DNA of 64,000 nt from positions 1-64,000 of the forward strand of contig JAUCBJ010007601.1 in the NCBI GenBank assembly GCA_032718475.1, written 5' to 3'. The DNA is from Nemertoderma westbladi (lineage: Eukaryota; Animalia; Xenacoelomorpha). Positions 44,601 to 57,377 of this stretch are shown here, in pieces (the stretch's first letter is position 1; each line of letters begins with the position of its first letter). Made by a program: the position numbers and the translations under genes. The notes beneath the pieces were generated by a model. It was not told the DNA's origin. It made no database searches and saw only the letters and a program-made list of their open reading frames with translations.

Positions 44601-47600
44601 GCATCGTCTAATAGCCCTACAGTACTACTACATTATCTACTGCATCGTCTAATAGGCCTACAGTACTACAACATTACCTACTGCATCGTCTAATAGCCCT
44701 ACAGTACTACTACACTCTCTATTGCATCGTCTAATAGCCCTAAAGTACTACGACATTATCTATTGCATCGTCTAATAGGCCTACAGTACTACTACATTAT
44801 CTACTACATCGTCTAATAGCCCTACAGTACTACTACATTATCTACTGCATCGTCTAATAGGCCTACAGTACTACAACATTACCTACTGCATCGTCTAATA
44901 GGCCTACAGTACTACTACACTCTCTATTGCATCGTCTAATAGCCCTACAGTACTACTACACTCTCTACTGCATCGTCTAATAGCCCTACAGTACTACTAC
45001 ATTATCTACTGCATCGTCTAATAGCCCTACAGTACTACTACATTATCTACTGCATCGTCTAATAGCCCTACAGTACTACTACACTCTCCATTGCATCGTC
45101 TAATAGGCCTACAGTGCTACTACACTCTCTATTGCATCGTCTAATAGGCCTACAGTACTACTACACTCTCTATTGCATCGTCTAATAGCCCTACAGTACT
45201 ACTACATTATCTACTGCATCGTCTAATAGCCCTACAGTACTACTACACTCTCTACTGCATCGTCTAATAGGCCTACAGTACTACTACACTCTCTATTGCA
45301 TCGTCTAATAGCCCTACAGTACTACTACACTCTCTATTGCATCGTCTAATAGCCCTACAGTACTACTACACTCTCTATTGCATCGTCTAATAGCCCTACA
45401 GTACTACTACATTATCTACTGCATCGTCTAATAGCCCTACAGTACTACTACACTCTCTATTGCTTCGTCTAATAGGCCTACAGTACTACTACATTATCTA
45501 CTGCATCGTCTAATAGGCCTACAGTACTACTACATTATCTACTGCATCGTCTAATAGGCCTACAGTACTACTACTACATTATCTACTGCATCGTCTAATA
45601 GGCCTACAGTACTACTACATTATCTACTGCATCGTCTAATAGGCCTACAGTACTACTACATTATCTACTGCATCGTCTAATAGGCCTACAGTACAACTGC
45701 ATTATCTACTGCATCGTCTAATAGGCCTACAGTACTACAGCATTATCTACTGCATCGTTTAATAGGCCTAAAGTACTACTACATTATCTACTGCATCGTC
45801 TAATAGCCCTACAGTACTACTACATTATCTACTGCATCGTCTAATAGCCCTACAGTACTACTACATTATCTACTGCATCGTCTAATCGGCCTACAGTACT
45901 ACTACACTATCTATTGCATCGTCTAATAGGCCTACAGTACTACTGCATTATCTACTGCATCGTCTAATAGGCCTACAGTACTACAGCATTATCTACTGCA
46001 TCGTTTAATAGGCCTAAAGTACTACTACATTATCTACTGCATCGTCTAATAGCCATACAGTACTACTACATTATCTACTGCATCGTCTAATAGACCTACA
46101 GTACTACTACACTCTCTATTGCATCGCCTAATAGGCCTACAGCACTACTACATTATCTACTGCATCGTCTAATAGGCCTACAGTACTACAACATTATCTA
46201 CTGCATCGTTTAATAGGCCTAAAGTACTACAACATTATCTACTGCATCGTTTAATAGGCCTAAAGTACTACTACATTATCTACTGCATCGTCTAATAGGC
46301 CTACAGTACTACAACATTATCTACTGCATCGTCTAATAGGCCTACAGTACTACAGCATTATCTACTGCATCGTTTAATAGGCCTAAAGTACTACTACACT
46401 CTCTATTGCATCGTCTAATAGCCCTACAGTACTACTACACTCTCTATTGCATCGTCTAATAGGCCTAAAGTACTACAACATTATCTACTGCATCGTTTAA
46501 TAGGCCTAACGTACTACTACATTATCTACTGCATCGTCTAATAGGCCTACAGTACTACTACATTATCTACTGCATCGTCTAATAGGCCTAAAGTACTACA
46601 ACATTATCTACTGCATCGTTTAATAGGCCTACAGTACTACTACACTCTCTATTGCATCGTCTAATAGCCCTACAGTACTACTACATTATCTACTGCATCG
46701 TCTAATAGGCCTACAGTACTACAACATTACCTACTGCATCGTCTAATAGGCCTACAGTACTACTACATTATCTACTACATCGTCTAATAGCCCTACAGTA
46801 CTACTACATTATCTACTGCATCGTCTAATAGGCCTACAGTACTACAACATTACCTACTGCATCGTCTAATAGGCCTACAGTACTACTACATTATCTACTG
46901 CATCGTCTTATAGCCCTACAGTACTACTACACTCTCTATTGCATCGTCTAATAGGCCTACAGTACTACAACATTACCTACTGCATCGTCTAATAGTCCTA
47001 CAGTACTACAACATTATCTACTGCATCGTTTAATAGGCCTAAAGTACTACAACATTATCTACTGCATCGTTTAATAGGCCTAAAGTACTACTACATTATC
47101 TACTGCATCGTCTAATAGCCATACAGTACTACTACATTATCTACTGCATCGTCTAATAGGCCTACAGTACTACTACACTCTATCCTGCATCGTCTAATAG
47201 GCCTACAGTACTACTACATTATCTCTGCATCGTCTAATAGGCCTACAGTACTACTACATTATCTACTGCATCGTCTAATCGGCCTACAGTACTACTACAC
47301 TCTCTATTGCATCGTCTAATAGGCCTACAGTACTACTACACTCTCTATTGTATCGTCTAATAGCCCTACAGTACTACTACACTCTCTATTGTATCGTCTA
47401 ATAGGCCTAAAGTACTACTACACTCTCTATTGCATCGTCTAATAGCCCTAAAGTACTACTACACTCTCTATTGCATCGTCTAATAGGCCTACAGTACTAC
47501 TACACTCTCTATTGCATCGTCTAATAGGCCTACAGTACTACTACATTATCTACAGCATCGTCTAATCGGCCTACAGTACTACTACACTCTCTATTGCATC

Positions 47601-50600
47601 GTCTAATAGCCCTACAGTACTACTATACTCTCTATTGCATCGTCTAATAGGCCTACAGTACTACTACATTATCTACGCATCGTCTAATAGGCCTACAGTA
47701 CTACTACACTCTCTACTGCATCGTCTAATAGACCTACAGTACTACTACACTCTCTATTGCATCGTCTAATAGCCCTAAAGTACTACTACACTCTCTATTG
47801 CATCGTCTAATAGCCCTACAGTACTACTACATTATCTACTGCATCGTCTAATAGCCCTACAGTACTACTATATTATCTACTGCATCGTCTAATAGACCTA
47901 CAGTACTACTACACTCTCTATTGCATCGTCTAATAGGCCTACAGTACTACTACACTCTCTATTGCATCGTCTAATAGCCCTACAGTACTACTACACTCTC
48001 TATTGCATCGTCTAATAGCCCTACAGTACTACTACATTATCTACTGCATCGTCTAATAGCCCTACAGTACTACTATATTATCTACTGCATCGTCTAATAG
48101 CCCTACAGTACTACTACACTCTCTATTGCATCGTCTAATAGGCCTACAGTACTACTACACTCTCTATTGCATCGTCTAATAGGCCTACAGTACTACTACA
48201 TTATCTACTGCATCGTCTAATAGCCCTACAGTACTACTACACTCTCTATTGCATCGTCTAATAGCCCTACAGTACTACTACATTATCTACTGCATCGTCT
48301 AATAGCCCTACAGTACTACTAAACTCTCTATTGCATCGTCTAATAGCCCTACAGTACTACTACACTCTCTATTGCATCGTCTAATAGCCCTACAGTACTA
48401 CTACACTCTCTATTGCATCGTCTAATAGGCCTACAGTACTACTACACTCTCTATTGGATCGTCTAATAGGCCTACAGTACTACTACACTCTCTATTGCAT
48501 CGTCTAATAGGCCTACAGTACTACTACATTATCTACTGCATCGTCTAATAGGCCTACAGTACTACTACACTCTCTATTGCATCGTCTAATAGGCCTACAG
48601 TACTACTACATTATCTACTGCATCGTCTAATAGCCCTACAGTACTACTACACTCTCTATTGCATCGTCTAATAGCCCTACAGTACTACTACATTATCTAC
48701 TGCATCGTCTAATAGCCCTACAGTACTACTACATTATCTACTGCATCGTCTAATAGGCCTACAGTACTACTACATTATCTACTGCATCGTCTAATAGGCC
48801 TACAGTACTACTACACTCTCTATTGCATCGTCTAATAGGCCTACAGTACTACTACATTATCTACTGCATCGTCTAATAGCCCTACAGTACTACTACACTC
48901 TCTATTGCATCGTCTAATAGCCCTACAGTACTACTACATTATCTACTGCATCGTCTAATAGCCCTACAGTACTACTACATTATCTACTGCATCGTCTAAT
49001 AGCCCTACAGTACTACTACATTATCTACTGCATCGTCTAATAGGCCTACAGTACTACTACACTCTCTATTGCATCGTCTAATAGCCCTACAGTACTACTA
49101 CACTCTCTATTGCATCGTCTAATAGGCCTACAGTACTACTACACTCTCTATTGCATCGTCTAATAGGCCTACAGTACTACGTACTACTACATTATCTACA
49201 GCATCGTCTAATCGGCCTACAGTACAACTACACTCTCTATTGCATCGTCTAATAGCCCTACAGTACTACTACACTCTCTATTGCATCGTCTAATAGCCCT
49301 ACAGTACTACTACACTCTCTATTGCATCGTCTAATAGGCCTACAGTACTACTACATTATCTACAGCATCGTCTAATCGGCCTACAGTACTACTACACTCT
49401 CTATTGCATCGTCTAATAGCCCTACAGTACTACTACACTCTCTATTGCATCGTCTAATAGGCCTACAGTACTACGACATTATCTATTGCATCGTCTAATA
49501 GGCCTACAGTACTACTACACTCTCTATTGCATCGTCTAATAGGCCTACAGTACTACGACATTATCTATTGCATCGTCTAATAGGCCTACAGTACTACTAC
49601 ACTCTCTATTGCATCGTCTAATAGCCCTACAGTACTACTACACTCTCTATTGCATCGTCTAATAGGCCTACAGTACTACTACACTCTCTATTGCATCGTC
49701 TAATAGCCCTACAGTACTACTACACTCTCTATTGCATCGTCTAATAGCCCTACAGTACTACTACATTATCTACTGCATCGTCTAATAGCCCTACAGTACT
49801 ACTACATTATCTACTGCATCGTCTAATAGGCCTACAGTACTACTACACTCTCTACTGCATCGTCTAATAGGCCTAAAGTACTACTACACTCTCTACTGTA
49901 TCGTTTAATAGCCCTACAGTACTACTACACTCTCTACTGCATCGTCTAATAGGCCTACAGTACTACTACATTATCTACTGCATCGTCTAATAGCCCTACA
50001 GTACTACTACACTCTCTATTGCTTCGTCTAATAGCCCTACAGTACTACTACAGTACATTATCTACTGCATCGTCTAATAGGCCTACAGTACTACTACATT
50101 ATCTACTGCATCGTCTAATAGGCCTACAGTACTACTACATTATCTACTTCATCGTCTAATAGGCCTACAGTACTACTGCATTATCTACTGCATCGTCTAA
50201 TAGGCCTACAGTACTACAGCATTATCTACTGCATCGTTTAATAGGCCTAAAGTACTACTACACTCTCTATTGCATCGCCTAATAGGCCTACAGCACTACT
50301 ACATTATCTACTGCATCGTCTAATAGGCCTACAGTACTACAACATTATCTACTGCATCGTTTAATAGGCCTAAAGTACTACAACATTATCTACTGCATCG
50401 TTTAATAGGCCTAAAGTACTACTACATTATCTACTGCATCGTCTAATAGGCCTACAGTACTACAACATTATCTACTGCATCGTTTAATAGGCCTAAAGTA
50501 CTACAACATTATCTACTGCATCGTTTAATAGGCCTAAAGTACTACTACATTATCTACTGCATCGTCTAATAGCCCTACAGTACTACTACATTATCTACTG

Positions 50601-53600
50601 CATCGTCTAATAGGCCTACAGTACTACAACATTACCTACTGCATCGTCTAATAGGCCTACAGTACTACTACATTATCTACTACATCGTCTAATAGCCCTA
50701 CAGTACTACTACATTATCTACTGCATCGTCTAATAGGCCTACAGTACTACAACATTACCTACTGCATCGTCTAATAGGCCTACAGTACTACTACATTATC
50801 TACTGCATCGTCTTATAGCCCTACAGTACTACTACACTCTCTATTGCATCGTCTAATAGGCCTACAGTACTACAACATTACCTACTACATCGTCTAATAG
50901 TCCTACAGTACTACAACATTATCTACTGCATCGTTTAATAGGCCTAAAGTACTACAACATTATCTACTGCATCGTTTAATAGGCCTAAAGTACTACTACA
51001 TTATCTACTGCATCGTTTAATAGCCCTACGTACTACATTATCTACTGCATCGTCGAATAGGCCTACAGTACTACTACACTCTATCCTGCATCGTCTAATA
51101 GGCCTACAGTACTACTACATTATCTCTGCATCGTCTAATAGGCCTACAGTACTACTACACTCTCTATTGCATCGTCTAATAGGCCTACAGTACTACTACA
51201 CTCTCTATTGCATCGTCTAATAGGCCTACAGTACTACTACATTATCTACAGCATCGTCTAATCGGCCTACAGTACTACTACACTCTCTATTGCATCGTCT
51301 AATAGCCCTACAGTACTACTATACTCTCTATTGCATCGTCTAATAGGCCTACAGTACTACTACATTATCTACCGCATCGTCTAATAGGCCTACAGTACTA
51401 CTACATTATCTACTGCATCGTCTAATAGCCCTACAGTACTACGACATTATCTACAGCATCGTCTAATCGGCCTACAGTACTACTACACTCTCTATTGCAT
51501 CGTCTAATAGCCCTACAGTACTACTACACTCTCTACTGCATCGTCTAATAGGCCTACAGTACTACTATATTATCTACCGCATCGTCTAATAGCCCTACAG
51601 TACTGCTACATTATCTACTGCATCGTCTAATAGCCCTACAGTACTACTACATTATCTACTGCATCGTCTAATAGACCTACAGTACTACTACACTCTCTAT
51701 TGCATTGTCTAATAGGCCTACAGTACTACTACATTATCTACCGCATCGTCTAATAGGCCTACAGTACTACTACATTATCTACTGCATCGTCTAATAGCCA
51801 TACAGTACTACTACACTCTCTATTGTATCGTCTAATAGGCCTACAGTACTACTACACTCTCTACTGCATCGTCTAATAGGCCTACAGTACTACTACATTA
51901 TCTACTGCATCGTTTAATAGGCCTACAGTACTACTACATTATCTACTGCATCGTCTAATAGCCCTACAGTACTACTACACTCTCTATTGCATCGTCTAAT
52001 AGCCCTACAGTACTACTACATTATCTACTGCATCGTCTAATAGCCCTACAGTACTACTATATTATCTACTGCATCGTCTAATAGCCCTACAGTACTACTA
52101 CACTCTCTATTGCATCGTCTAATAGGCCTACAGTACTACTACACTATCTATTGCATCGTCTAATAGGCCTACAGTACTACTACACTCTCTATTGCATCGT
52201 CTAATAGCCCTAAAGTACTACTACATTATCTACTGCATCGTCTAATAGCCCTACAGTACTACTACACTCTCTACTGCATCGTCTAATAGGCCTAAAGTAC
52301 TACTACATTATCTACTGCATCGTCTAATAGGCCTACAGTACTACTAAATTATCTACTGCATCGTCTAATAGGCCTACAGTACTACAACATTATCTACTAC
52401 ATCGTCTAATAGCCCTACAGTACTACTACACTCTCTATTGCATCGTCTAATAGCCCTAAAGTACTACTACACTCTCTATTGCATCGTCTAATAACCCTAC
52501 AGTACTACTACACTCTCTATTGTATCGTCTAATAGGCCTACAGTACTACTACACTCTCTATTGCATCGTCTAATAGCCCTACAGTACTACTACACTCTCT
52601 ATTGCATCGTCTAATAGGCCTAAAGTACTACTACACTCTATATTGCATCGTCTAATAGGCCTACAGTACTACTACATTATCTACTGCATCGTCTAATAGG
52701 CCTACAGTACTACTACATTATCTCTGCATCGTCTAATAGGCCTACAGTACTACTACATTATCTACTGCATCGTCTAATAGGCCTACAGTACTACTACACT
52801 CTCTACTGCATCGTCTAATAGCCCTACAGTACTACTACATTATCTACTGCATCGTCTAATAGCCCTAAAGTACTACTACACTCTCTATTGCATCGTCTAA
52901 TAGGCCTAAAGTACTACTACATTATCTATTGTATCGTCTAATAGGCCTACAGTACTACTACACTCTCTACTGCATCGTCTAATAGCCCTACAGTACTACT
53001 ACATTATCTACTGCATCGTCTAATAGCCCTAAAGTACTACTACACTCTCTATTGCATCGTCTAATAGGCCTAAAGTACTATTACATTATCTACTGCATCG
53101 TCTAATAGGCCTACAGTACTACTAAATTATCTACTGCATCGTCTAATAGGCCTACAGTACTACAACATTATCTACTACATCGTCTAATAGCCCTACAGTA
53201 CTACTACACTCTCTATTGCATCGCCTAATAGGCCTAAAGTACTACTACATTATCTACTGCATCGTCTAATAGCCCTACAGTACTACTACACTCTCTACTG
53301 CATCGTCTAATAGGCCTACAGTACTACTACACTCTATATTGCATCGTCTAATAGGCCTACAGTACTACTACACTCTCTATTGCATCGTCTAATAGCCCTA
53401 CAGTACTACTACACTCTCTATTGTATCGTCTAATAGGCCTACAGTATTACTACACTCTCTATTGTATCGTCTAATAGGCCTAAAGTACTACTACATTATC
53501 TACTGCATCGTCTAATAGCCCTACAGTACTACTACACTCTCTATTGCATCGTTTAATAGCCCTAAAGTACTACTACACTCTCTACTGCATCGTCTAATAG

Positions 53601-56600
53601 GCCTACAGTACTACTACACTCTATATTGCATCGTCTAATAGCCCTACAGTACTACTACACTCTCTATTGCATCGTCTAATAGCCCTACAGTACTACTACA
53701 CTCTCTATTGTATCGTCTAATAGGCCTAAAGTACTACTACATTATCTACTGCATCGTCTAATAGCCCTACAGTACTACTACACTCTCTATTGCATCGTTT
53801 AATAGCCCTAAAGTACTACTACACTCTCTACTGCATCGTCTAATAGGCCTACAGTACTACTACACTCTATATTGCATCGTCTAATAGCCCTACAGTACTA
53901 CTACACTCTCTATTGCATCGTCTAATAGCCCTACAGTACTACTACACTCTCTACTGCATCGTCTAATAGCCCTACAGTACTACTACATTATCTACTGCAT
54001 CGTCTAATAGCCCTACAGTACTACTACACTCTCTATTGCATCGTCTAATAGGCCTACAGTACTACTACACTCTCTATTGCATCGTCTAATAGCCCTACAG
54101 TACTACTACACTCTCTACTGCATCGTCTAATAGGCCTACAGTACTACTACATTATCTACTGCATCGTCTAATAGCCCTAAAGTACTACTACATTATCTAC
54201 TGCATCGTCTAATAGCCCTACAGTACTACTACACTCTCTATTGCATCGTCTAATAGGCCTAAAGTACTACTACACTCTCTATTGCATCGTCTAATAGGCC
54301 TACAGTACTACTACACTCTCTACTGCATCGTCTAATAGGCCTACAGTACTACTACACTCTCTATTGCATCGTCTAATAGCCATACAGTACTACTACACTC
54401 TCTATTGCATCGTCTAATAGCCCTACAGTACTACTACACTCTCTATTGCATCGTCTAATAGGCCTACAGTACTACTACACTCTCTATTGCATCGTCTAAT
54501 AGCCCTACAGTACTACTACACTCTCTACTGCATCGTCTAATAGGCCTACAGTACTACTACATTATCTACTGCATCGTCTAATAGCCCTAAAGTACTACTA
54601 CATTATCTACTGCATCGTCTAATAGCCCTACAGTACTACTACACTCTCTACTGCATCGTCTAATAGGCCTAAAGTACTACTACACTCTCTATTGCATCGT
54701 CTAATAGGCCTACAGTACTACTACACTCTCTACTGCATCGTCTAATAGGCCTACAGTACTACTACACTCTCTATTGCATCGTCTAATAGCCATACAGTAC
54801 TACTACACTCTCTATTGCATCGTCTAATAGCCCTAAAGTACTACTACACTCTCTATTGCATCGTCTAATAGGCCTACAGTACTACTACATTAGCTACTGC
54901 ATCGTCTAATAGCCCTACAGTATTACTACATTCTCTACTGCATCGTCTAATAGCCCTACAGTACTACTACACTCTCTATTGCATCGTCTAATAGCCCTAC
55001 AGTACTACTACATTATCTACTGCATCGTCTAATAGCCCTACAGTACTACTACATTATCTACTGCATCGTCTAATAGGCCTACAGTACTACTACACTCTCT
55101 ATTGCATCGTCTAATAGCCCTAAAGTACTACTACACTCTCTATTGCATCGTCTAATAGCCCTACAGTACTACTACATTATCTACTGCATCGTCTAATAGC
55201 CCTACAGTACTACTAAATTATCTACTGCATCGTCTAATAGGCCTACAGTACTACTACATTATCTACTGCATCGTCTAATAGGCCTACAGTACTACTACAC
55301 TCTCTATTGCATCGTCTAATAGCCCTACAGTACTACTACACTCTCTATTGCATCGTCTAATAGCCCTACAGTACTACTACATTATCTACTGCATCGTCTA
55401 ATAGCCCTACAGTACTACGACATTATCTACTGCATCGTCTAATAGCCCTACAGTACTACTATATTATCTACTGCATCGTCTAATAGCCCTACAGTACTAC
55501 TACACTCTCTATTGCATCGTCTAATAGCCCTACAGTACTACTACACTCTCTATTGCATCGTCTAATAGCCCTACAGTACTACTACATTATCTACTGCATC
55601 GTCTAATAGGCCTACAGTACTACTACATTATCTACTGCATCGTCTAATAGCCCTACAGTACTACTACATTATCTACTGCATCGTCTAATAGCCCTACAGT
55701 ACTACTACATTATCTACTGCATCGTCTAATAGCCCTACAGTACTACTACACTCTCTATTGCATCGTCTAATAGGCCTACAGTACTACTACATTATCTACT
55801 GCATCGTCTAATCGGCCTACAGTACTACTACACTCTCTATTGCATCGTCTAATAGCCCTACAGTACTACTACATTATCTACTGCATCGTCTAATAGCCCT
55901 ACAGTACTACTACACTCTCTATTGCATCGTCTAATAGCCCTACAGTACTACTATATTATCTACTGCATCGTCTAATAGCCCTACAGTACTACTACACTCT
56001 CTATTGCATCGTCTAATAGCCCTACAGTACTACTACACTCTCTATTGCATCGTCTAATAGCCCTACAGTACTACTACATTATCTACTGCATCGTCTAATA
56101 GCCCTACAGCACTACGACATTATCTACTGCATCGTCTAATAGCCCTACAGTACTACTATATTATCTACTGCATCGTCTAATAGCCCTACAGTACTACTAC
56201 ACTCTCTATTGCATCGTCTAATAGGCCTACAGTACTACTACACTCTCTATTGCATCGTCTAATAGCCCTACAGTACTACTACATTATCTACTGCATCGTC
56301 TAATAGCCCTACAGTACTACTACATTATCTACTGCATCGTCTAATAGCCCTACAGTACTACTACACTCTCTACTGCATCGTCTAATAGGCCTACAGTACT
56401 ACTACACTCTCTATTGCATCGTCTAATAGCCCTACAGTACTACTACACTCTCTATTGCATCGTCTAATAGCCCTACAGTACTACTACATTATCTACTGCA
56501 TCGTCTAATAGGCCTACAGTACTACTACATTATCTACTGCATCGTCTAATAGCCCTACAGTACTACTACACTCTCTACTGCATCGTCTAATAGGCCTACA

Positions 56601-56925
56601 GTACTACTACACTCTCTACTGCATCGTCTAATAGGCCTACAGTACTACTACACTCTCTATTGCATCGTCTAATAGCCCTACAGTACTACTACACTCTCTA
56701 TTGCATCGTCTAATAGCCCTACAGTACTACTACATTATCTACTGCATCGTCTAATAGCCCTACAGTACTACTACATTATCTACTGCATCGTCTAATAGGC
56801 CTACAGTACTACTACATTATCTACTGCATCGTCTAATAGGCCTACAGTACTACTACACTCTCTATTGCATCGTCTAATAGGCCTACAGTACTACTACACT
56901 CTCTATTGCATCGTCTAATAGCCCT
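2613..56925 (+). repeat. 41-bp satellite DNA array, ~54 kb, about 1,320 monomers in one orientation
   Basis: Monomer CTACAGTACTACTACATTATCTACTGCATCGTCTAATAGGC (e.g. 2821-2861, next copy at 2862). About 39% GC, G-poor on the + strand. Nearly every unit has AGTACT (ScaI site) and the G-variant units have TAGGCCTA (StuI site). There are no spacers. Confidence 0.98.
18100..28420 (+). repeat. Tandem duplication of a 5,128-bp (125-monomer) higher-order block within the satellite
   Basis: Rare variants recur at an exact 5,128 offset: +5 insertion 18351/23479, GTACCACTAC 20071/25199, AGTGCT 20601/25729, TCTTATAGCCCCAC 22801/27929, TCTAATATCC 23211/28339. 125x41+5-2=5128. Boundaries are approximate. 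Confidence 0.9.
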
Positions 56926-57377
56926 TGTGCACGTATCCGTGAATCTTCAATATAATTTCTATAGTAGAGTATAAGGAGCAATCGGTTACTAAAAATAATA
57001 TCTTGCTTACTACACACAACCCTTGTTAGTTAGGTGATAAATAAATTTGGCCCTTCAGCTGTTTGTAGTTAGTTAGCCTGCGGTATCATCCTACGATTGG
57101 TTGATGGGCTATTGTCTGTGCTCTATATATAATATTGGCATTATTCATTTAAGGTGACTTCTCTATCTGGGTACAAATGTCTACTGGTGTATTAGGTTGT
57201 ATTATATAGTAGTTATATTGGGCAGTAGGAAATATTATTTAACAAGTTGAAAGAACATTATACAGTTTCTCTGACAATATTATAGATTTCAACTTCGTAA
57301 TAAGAACTTATTTCCCCTAATAAATCAGCGTCTTCCGCCTAAAAATATTCCTAAACAGACGGGGACAATCGTCTACA
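56926..57377 (+). repeat. Putative 5' LTR; the start is well supported, the 3' end is tentative
   Basis: Starts TGTGCAC. Contains ATTGG (57096-57100), TATATATAA (57124-57132) and AATAAA (57319-57324), with a candidate ...TACA end at 57377. The second LTR is outside the window, so the end cannot be confirmed. Confidence 0.45.
57096..57150 (+). promoter_or_regulatory. Candidate LTR Pol II promoter (inverted CCAAT box, TATA box, Inr-like TCATTT)
   Basis: GATTGGTT at 57095-57102, TATATATAA at 57124-57132 and TCATTT at 57145-57150, about 200 bp into the LTR. Motif match only. Confidence 0.4.

Noticed and set aside
2613-56925. CRISPR array or RT-templated array system
   Set aside because: Units are contiguous with no unique spacers and there are no cas genes. 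The neighbouring RT is an ordinary BEL/Pao polyprotein, and multi-kb block duplications point to recombination rather than unit-by-unit synthesis.
2613-56925. Coding repeat
   Set aside because: Each monomer carries TAATAG (and TAG/TAA on the minus strand), and the 41-bp period cycles these stops through all frames.
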